From Sphingobacteriaceae bacterium (GTDB lineage Bacteria; Bacteroidota; Bacteroidia; Sphingobacteriales; Sphingobacteriaceae), in NCBI GenBank assembly GCA_947460275.1, contig CANHHZ010000001.1, positions 1 through 34,927 on the forward strand: a stretch of 34,927 bases of DNA, in the 5' to 3' direction. The translations under genes and the position numbers were made by a program. Under the pieces are notes generated by a model, which saw nothing but the letters and a program-made list of their open reading frames with translations, did not search any database and had not been told where the DNA came from. Shown here piece by piece: positions 29,143 through 34,927 of the stretch; the stretch's first letter is position 1, and each line of letters begins with the position of its first letter.

Positions 29143-31497
29143 ATGAAAAAAACACTTTTGCTTTTAATGTTTTGCTTAGTTTGGCTAGGCTTAAGGGCCC
29201 AATCGCCTATTTATATCAACGATGAATTTAGCATCAACGCTGGTTCGCCCGTGTTGTGGTATGGCGATGTAACGTTTGGTCCAAATGCAGTGGTTTACCT
29301 AGAAGATGGCGCTATTGCCACTTTTTATGGTAAAAACATGAGCATCAATGCAACAGCCAAATTTATTGCCTTACCAGGCAACAACCAAACAGGTACAGGG
29401 AAAATTGTTTTTAAACAAAATAACCCTATGGTTGCCAATTACCCGCAGCAGCAAACCTTAAATGGAGGTTATGGTACAGGCTCAAATCCCTCTTTTATCA
29501 ATATTGAAATCGACAATGCGCAAGGTGTTTCTTTAACAGGAAATGTACGTGTGGCCAATCAAGTAATATTTACACAAGGGCACCTTTATTTAAATAATTT
29601 TAATGTAGCATTGGCTGGCCAAGCTATATTTTACAATTACGATGTCAACAAACACGTAGTCACCAATGATACTGGTGTAATTACCAAAGAGGCCATGGCT
29701 ACCAACAATAGTTTCTTGTTCCCGATAAGCGTTGAGGGAGCTGATTATACCCCTGTAACGGTAACCAACAGTTCAGCTGCTAGAAATATCAGTGTACAAG
29801 TAAAAGATTATACCAACAGCACGGCCATCGAAACTACTTTTGCCAACAAAGGGATAGACAGAACTTGGCAAATAAGCAGCAACATCACGGGGCTAGCCAA
29901 AGTAAGTTTACAACACAACGCGGCAAACAACACCAATGGAAAAGGTACTAACCAAAGTTTGTTTAACAATGCTTTGTCTTATGTAAGCCAGCAATTAAGC
30001 TCAGGCGTATGGTCGCAAAGCTGTGCGGGTAACGATGGTGGTACGCCAATAAGTATCAATCAAGCTGATTTTACTTTGCCTGCAACAATAGACCCTACTG
30101 CATATTTTACTAAAACCACGGTTACTTGTGCCGATTTGTCGATTATAAAAACGGTAAATAGTACAACGCCAAAAGTAGGTGTGAACCTTACTTTTACCAT
30201 TACTGCTAAAAACTTGGGTGTGGTAGCGGCTACAGGCGTAGTGGTTACCGATATTTTGCCTAGCGGTTATACTTATGTAAGTAACAATCCAAGCGTGGGT
30301 GCTTACAACAGTAGTACCGGAATTTGGACAGTAGGTAACTTAGCTGTAAATGCATCTGCAACTTTAAACATAGTGGCTACGGTTAAAATAAGTGGTAATT
30401 ACGCAAATACAGCATCAGTTACAGGCGATCAGCAAGATTCAGATTTAACCAATAACTCTGCCACGGCTACACCAACACCAGATGCCTTACAAGCTAACCT
30501 AGGTATCACTAAAACAGTTGATGTGCAAAGTCCAGTAATGGGCGATAATGTGGTGTTTACCCTAACAGCAACTAATGCTGGTCCAGACAATGCAACCAAT
30601 GCCAGGGTGATAGATTTATTGCCAAGCGGATATACGTATGTTTCATCTACGGTTACTGCCGGAACTTACAACAACAGCACTGGTGTTTGGAGCATAGGTG
30701 CACTTGCCAATGGCGCAACGGCTAAACTAACGGTTACAGCTACTGTAAAAACATCAGGCGTGTATACCAACACAGCTAGCGTAACTGCCGACGAGTTGGA
30801 TCCAGTAGGTGGAAACAATACCGCATCTGTTACGCCAACACCAAATGCAGCATTGGTAAATTTAAGTATAGAAAAAACGGTGGCAATAGGTAAAGGAACC
30901 GCCATAGGCGATGAGTTTGATTATACCATTGTAGTAAAGAATATAGGTTCGCAGTTGGCTACTGGTATCAGTGCAACTGATGTAATGCCTTTAGGAATAA
31001 CTTATTTGGCTAGTAACGCAGGTTATGGAACCGCAACCTACAATACTGCTAATAAAACAGTGACTTGGAGTATAGGCAACTTAGCTGTAGGAGCAAGCAT
31101 TACGCTAACCATTAAAGCAAAAGCCGAAATGCCAGGGGTAATCACCAATACAGCAACGGTAACTAGCACACAACCTGATAGCGATAATGCAAACAATACT
31201 TCAATGGTTAAAAAGGAAGTTTTGGACCTCACTTTTCCAAATGTAATTACGCCAAATGGCGATGGTAAAAATGATGTGTTTAAAGTGTTAGGTTTAAATG
31301 CTTATCCAGAAAATTCAATGTCTATTTACAACCGTTGGGGCAATGAGGTATGGCGTAGCAGAGGTGCTACTTACCAAAACGAGTGGAGTGGTAATGGATT
31401 AAATGAAGGGACTTACTTCTACGTAATTAAACTAAAAGATAGAACCGGAACAATCAATACCGTTAACGGATGGGTAATGTTGTTGAAAGATAAATAA
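29143..31497 (+). CDS. T9SS type-B CTD (gliding motility-associated C-terminal domain) substrate with three DUF11 Ig-like repeats
   Basis: 3x DLSIxKTV...FTITAxNxG...ATGVVVTDxLPSGYTY...WxxGNL; C-terminal FPNVITPNGDGKNDVF...IYNRWG...GTYFYVI...GWVMLLK. Confidence 0.92.
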   Translation: MKKTLLLLMFCLVWLGLRAQSPIYINDEFSINAGSPVLWYGDVTFGPNAVVYLEDGAIATFYGKNMSINATAKFIALPGNNQTGTGKIVFKQNNPMVANYPQQQTLNGGYGTGSNPSFINIEIDNAQGVSLTGNVRVANQVIFTQGHLYLNNFNVALAGQAIFYNYDVNKHVVTNDTGVITKEAMATNNSFLFPISVEGADYTPVTVTNSSAARNISVQVKDYTNSTAIETTFANKGIDRTWQISSNITGLAKVSLQHNAANNTNGKGTNQSLFNNALSYVSQQLSSGVWSQSCAGNDGGTPISINQADFTLPATIDPTAYFTKTTVTCADLSIIKTVNSTTPKVGVNLTFTITAKNLGVVAATGVVVTDILPSGYTYVSNNPSVGAYNSSTGIWTVGNLAVNASATLNIVATVKISGNYANTASVTGDQQDSDLTNNSATATPTPDALQANLGITKTVDVQSPVMGDNVVFTLTATNAGPDNATNARVIDLLPSGYTYVSSTVTAGTYNNSTGVWSIGALANGATAKLTVTATVKTSGVYTNTASVTADELDPVGGNNTASVTPTPNAALVNLSIEKTVAIGKGTAIGDEFDYTIVVKNIGSQLATGISATDVMPLGITYLASNAGYGTATYNTANKTVTWSIGNLAVGASITLTIKAKAEMPGVITNTATVTSTQPDSDNANNTSMVKKEVLDLTFPNVITPNGDGKNDVFKVLGLNAYPENSMSIYNRWGNEVWRSRGATYQNEWSGNGLNEGTYFYVIKLKDRTGTINTVNGWVMLLKDK

Positions 31498-31499
31498 AA

Positions 31500-31620
31500 T
31501 TTAAGTCGAGCATGTTTTAAATCAATGTGCTCGACTTAAAATAGAATTAAATTTTAGGCTGACCATTTTTGTGATCAGCCGCTAAAACACCTCAATGTCT
31601 ATCGTACAAACGGTATAGAC
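31500..31620 (+). other. Three tandem hairpins in the CTD-B/porP intergenic region
   Basis: TTTAAGTCGAGCA/TGCTCGACTTAAA (13 bp perfect); GGCTGA/TCAGCC; GTCTAT-CGT/ACG-ATAGAC; no U-tract. Confidence 0.6.
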
Positions 31621-31636
31621 TTTAAAATAGTTACAA

Positions 31637-32611
31637 ATGAAAAAATCGATACTCTTGTCCTTATTATTTTTGTTGTCTTTTTTTGCAAAAGCACAACAAG
31701 ATGCACAGTATAGCCAATATATGTTCAATGGCATTTACATCAATCCAGCTTATGCGGGTTACAAAGAAGAGCTCAACATGCATAGTTTTTACAGAAACCA
31801 ATGGGTTGGGATTAAGGGTTCGCCCAAAAGCATGTCCTTGGCTGTTGACGCTTCGTTAAATGAGGCCAACGTAGGTTTGGCTTTTCAGCTGGCCTCTGAT
31901 AGACTTGGTGCCCAAAACACAGTTTCTTTTTATGGTAACTATGCTTATCGCGTACGCTTGGGGAATTCTGAGGACACGCGTTTGGCTTTTGGAATTGGAG
32001 GAGGTTTAATCCAGCACAGTATTGATGGAAATAAGTTGTCGGCCATTGATTTAAACGATGCTAGTATTCCGGCAGGTTATAAAACTTCGCTATTGCCCGA
32101 TGCACGTGTAGGCATGTTTTTCTCTTCCGAAAAATGGTATGCAGGTGTTTCGGCCGATAATTTACTTGCCCAATACATGGTAAAGCAAAGTAACGATGAG
32201 GTTTACTATCCAACTCCAAAAGCACATTATTACCTTACTGCTGGTTTGTTATTGCCCATCAACGAAACCCTACAGCTTAAACCTTCTTTCTTGTTAAAAG
32301 ACGATAGGGGTGGGCCTAGTAGTTTAGATGTGAGCGCTTTCTTTCTAGTAGCAGATAAAATTTGGTTGGGTGGAAGTTACCGTACAGCCGTAAAATTGTA
32401 CGACAAATCATATTTGCAAAAAGACCTTGTACAAAAAAACTCTATAGTAGCCATGACTGAGTTTTTTGTTTCGCCTCAAGTTCGTTTCGGCTATGCTTTT
32501 GATTATAGCTTAACCAATATATCTGGTTATACAGGTGGTTCGCACGAAATTTCGGTGGGATTTTATATCAATAGAAAACAAGTAAGAATGCTTAGCCCAC
32601 GTTGCTTTTAA
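31637..32611 (+). CDS. porP: PorP/SprF-family T9SS outer membrane beta-barrel
   Basis: QQDAQYSQYMFNGIYINPAYAG, YRNQWVGIKGSP, GYAFDY, GSHEISVGF, SPRCF; directly follows the type-B CTD gene. Confidence 0.92.
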   Translation: MKKSILLSLLFLLSFFAKAQQDAQYSQYMFNGIYINPAYAGYKEELNMHSFYRNQWVGIKGSPKSMSLAVDASLNEANVGLAFQLASDRLGAQNTVSFYGNYAYRVRLGNSEDTRLAFGIGGGLIQHSIDGNKLSAIDLNDASIPAGYKTSLLPDARVGMFFSSEKWYAGVSADNLLAQYMVKQSNDEVYYPTPKAHYYLTAGLLLPINETLQLKPSFLLKDDRGGPSSLDVSAFFLVADKIWLGGSYRTAVKLYDKSYLQKDLVQKNSIVAMTEFFVSPQVRFGYAFDYSLTNISGYTGGSHEISVGFYINRKQVRMLSPRCF

Positions 32612-32672
32612 TTAAATTTATAAACTATCAAAATTGATCTTTATATTTAATGTTATACTTGTTCCTATTTAA

Positions 32673-34625
32673 ATGAAAAATCTATCTAAATTTTTTTGCA
32701 CATGCGGTATAATACTATTGTCATTCTATACTTCACAAGCTCAATTTGTATTAAAAGAAGCTGATCAACAATTTGGTTTATACAATTTTGCAAATGCTGT
32801 AAAATTATATACCCAAGCCTATCAGCTTAAAAAAACTACTTATGCTGCCGAACAATTAGCCGAAAGCTACCGTTTGATTCGTGATTATAAACAAGCCGAA
32901 AGCTGGTATGCTATTTTAGTGCAAAGCGCTAGTACAAAACCTGCAACTTACAAATGGTATGCCGAAATGCTCAAAGCAAATGCAAAATACGCTGAAGCCA
33001 AAATAGCTTTTCAAAAATATGAAGCAGTCTTGGTTAAGGCTACACCTCAAGAGCTTAAACAAATTGATCTTTGGAAAGCTTCCTGCGATTCGGCTGTCAA
33101 ATGGATGAAAAACCCGAAACTTATTTCTATTTTAAATGAAACAAGTTTAAACTCTGCTCAGGCTGATTTTGGCGCTGTAGAATATCAAAATACCGTTGTT
33201 TTTACTTCAGATCGCTCATATGCTGACGTAAAACAACCCGAAAGTGCAAAACCATTTCTTAAATTTGATAAAGCTACCAAACTTCCCAACAAGAAAGTAT
33301 ATGGGTGGACTGGAAATGCATATTTGCAAATTTTCCAAAAAGATGGCAAACAAGACCAAATCTCTATTTTTAATTTAAAAGCTAAAGAAGATTTTCATGT
33401 GGGAACTCCTTCTTTTAGTGCCGATGGAAATGAGGTTTATTTTACGTTAACTCGTGTTCCTGAAAAAGTAGAACGTGTAAAAAAATCGGCAAGCACCATC
33501 AACGTAGAAATTTATTGCACTAAAAAAGTTAATGGCGCTTGGACTGAAGCTATACCTTTTCGCTATAACAGAAGCCAAAAATGGTCTGTGGCAGATCCAT
33601 TTTTAACACCCGATGGTAACACAATGTACTTCGTGTCTAATATGCCAGGAGGTAAGGGTGGCACAGATGTTTATTATTGCAAACGTAATGTAGATGGCAC
33701 ATGGGATGATGCTGTAAATTTAGAGGTGGTAAACACTTCAGGTAACGAGCGTAGTGTGGCGCTTGATGATCGCTACTTTTACTTCTCTACCGATGGACTT
33801 ATAAGCATGGGTGGTTTAGATATTTACAGAGCCAGGATAAAAGCAGGAACGTTGGGCAAAATTGAGAATTTAGGCTTCCCAATAAATTCTTCTCAAGATG
33901 ATTTTGCCTACAGCTTAACGAGTTCAAAAAAACGATTTCTCTCCTCTAACCGTGAAGGTGGTTTGGGTAGCGACGATATTTACAGTTATATCGATACAGA
34001 AAAAATAACTATTCCTTTCAAGAGCCAAATTTTTGATAAAGAGACGCATTTGCCATTAGCCAACGCGGTAATCACTTTGTCTAAAAACAATACGGATGTA
34101 AAAATTCAAACCGATGAAAACGGAAAGTATAAATTAGCCTTAGATGAAGATACTGATTATAATTTATTGGTAGATAAAACAAATTATGTGAGTTTAGGGA
34201 CTAAAATTTCTACAAAAAAAGTGGACATAGATAGTGTGATGAAACTTGATCTTGCTTTAGAAAAAATTGTAATTGAGAAACCAATTGTATTGGACAACAT
34301 TTATTACGATTTTGCAAAAGCGAACATAAGGCCAGATGCAGCTAAAGAATTGGATAAGTTGGTTAAAATTTTGAAAGAAAATCCAACCATTTGGATCGAA
34401 TTGTCAGCGCACACTGATGTACAAGGAAATGAGAAATATAATCAGTGGTTATCAGAGCTGAGAGCAGTTTCTGCTGTAAAATATATTGTAAATAATGGAA
34501 TAGATAAAAGCAGAATACAAGCCAAAGGCTACGGCGAAAGCAAGCCAGTTGATCTTTCTAAGAAATGTACAATTATCCAAAATCAGCGCAACAGACGCAC
34601 TGAATTTAAAATAGTAAAACAGTAA
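32673..34625 (+). CDS. PorE-like OmpA-family protein (TPR, PD40 beta-propeller, carboxypeptidase-regulatory-like, OmpA_C)
   Basis: N-terminal TPR helices; YFVSNMPGGKGGTDVY, SSNREGGLGSDDIY; NIYYDFAKANIRPDA, SAHTD, LSELRA, GYGE, NRRTEF. Confidence 0.92.
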   Translation: MKNLSKFFCTCGIILLSFYTSQAQFVLKEADQQFGLYNFANAVKLYTQAYQLKKTTYAAEQLAESYRLIRDYKQAESWYAILVQSASTKPATYKWYAEMLKANAKYAEAKIAFQKYEAVLVKATPQELKQIDLWKASCDSAVKWMKNPKLISILNETSLNSAQADFGAVEYQNTVVFTSDRSYADVKQPESAKPFLKFDKATKLPNKKVYGWTGNAYLQIFQKDGKQDQISIFNLKAKEDFHVGTPSFSADGNEVYFTLTRVPEKVERVKKSASTINVEIYCTKKVNGAWTEAIPFRYNRSQKWSVADPFLTPDGNTMYFVSNMPGGKGGTDVYYCKRNVDGTWDDAVNLEVVNTSGNERSVALDDRYFYFSTDGLISMGGLDIYRARIKAGTLGKIENLGFPINSSQDDFAYSLTSSKKRFLSSNREGGLGSDDIYSYIDTEKITIPFKSQIFDKETHLPLANAVITLSKNNTDVKIQTDENGKYKLALDEDTDYNLLVDKTNYVSLGTKISTKKVDIDSVMKLDLALEKIVIEKPIVLDNIYYDFAKANIRPDAAKELDKLVKILKENPTIWIELSAHTDVQGNEKYNQWLSELRAVSAVKYIVNNGIDKSRIQAKGYGESKPVDLSKKCTIIQNQRNRRTEFKIVKQ

Positions 34626-34661
34626 ACCACCCTTCCATTGGTTAATTTTGTTTAAATTAAG

Positions 34662-34697
34662 AAAAAGACGTTTCACAAATGAGACGTCTTTTTTTTT
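34662..34697 (+). terminator. Intrinsic terminator ending the T9SS fibre locus
   Basis: AAAAAGACGTTTCA-caaa-TGAGACGTCTTTTTTTTT. Confidence 0.85.
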
Positions 34698-34725
34698 GAT
34701 AATGAAACGCTAATGGTTAACTTTG
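34695..34725 (+). promoter_or_regulatory. Sigma-A promoter TTTG-19 nt-TAACTTTG for the VF530 gene
   Basis: Consensus -33/-7 with canonical spacing; -7 ends 4 nt before ATG 34730. Confidence 0.65.
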
Positions 34726-34729
34726 AGCC

Positions 34730-34927
34730 ATGGCTTTGGAAGAACAAAAAAATAACCCGCTACATGGCAAAACACTCGAATTTATAGTGAAACAATTGTT
34801 TTTTCATTATGGATGGGATGAAATGGGTAATTTGATAAAGATAGAATGTTTTAAAAATAATCCTTCGCTAAAATCGAGCCTTAAGTTTTTGCGCAAAACC
34901 GATTGGGCAAGAAAAAAGGTAGAGAAA
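34730..34927 (+). CDS. VF530/DUF2132-family small protein, 5' part (runs off the right edge; absent from the ORF track)
   Basis: Manual translation [66 protein letters not shown]. Confidence 0.9.
   Translation, partial: MALEEQKNNPLHGKTLEFIVKQLFFHYGWDEMGNLIKIECFKNNPSLKSSLKFLRKTDWARKKVEK

Noticed and set aside
23658-31232. Long antisense ORFs inside the fibre/DUF11 genes (e.g. 23658-24251, 197 aa)
   Set aside because: Expected from Thr/Ala/Gly/Asn-rich codon bias that depletes antisense stops; no recognisable protein features
4327-34625. Nearly all secreted proteins begin with Gln after signal cleavage
   Set aside because: Known Bacteroidetes pyroglutamate Q-rule; supports the taxonomy but is not novel

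Overview
AT-rich Bacteroidota chromosome window, most consistent with Sphingobacteriaceae (Pedobacter-like); this is inferred from TAnnTTTG promoters, SusC, T9SS genes and signal peptides that expose Gln. From left to right: the 5' part of a susC gene divergent from an AraC regulator with two SGNH esterases; a fatty acid desaturase, nucleotide pyrophosphatase/phosphodiesterase, S10 carboxypeptidase, accA and a DUF2723/TMEM260-like GT-C membrane protein; tRNA-Gln-prs-rplY, then a PL8 lyase plus GH88 pair inserted before pth; an ArsC/Spx-like gene, a carboxypeptidase-regulatory-like protein and an M1 peptidase; a 675-bp highly self-complementary intergenic region; a six-gene surface-structure locus; and the start of a VF530-family gene. 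The most striking feature is the 23.4-34.6 kb locus. It encodes two Sec-signal proteins built from phage tail-fibre motifs that share an unnamed N-terminal domain, and a secreted polyglycine protein reminiscent of T-even gp38 tip adhesins. These precede a DUF11/type-B-CTD T9SS substrate, its PorP/SprF partner and a PorE-like peptidoglycan anchor. This suggests a cell-anchored, T9SS-displayed, tail-fibre-like appendage (a hypothesis). No integrase, transposase, CRISPR or rRNA was seen. All family calls come from reading motifs by eye, not from database searches.
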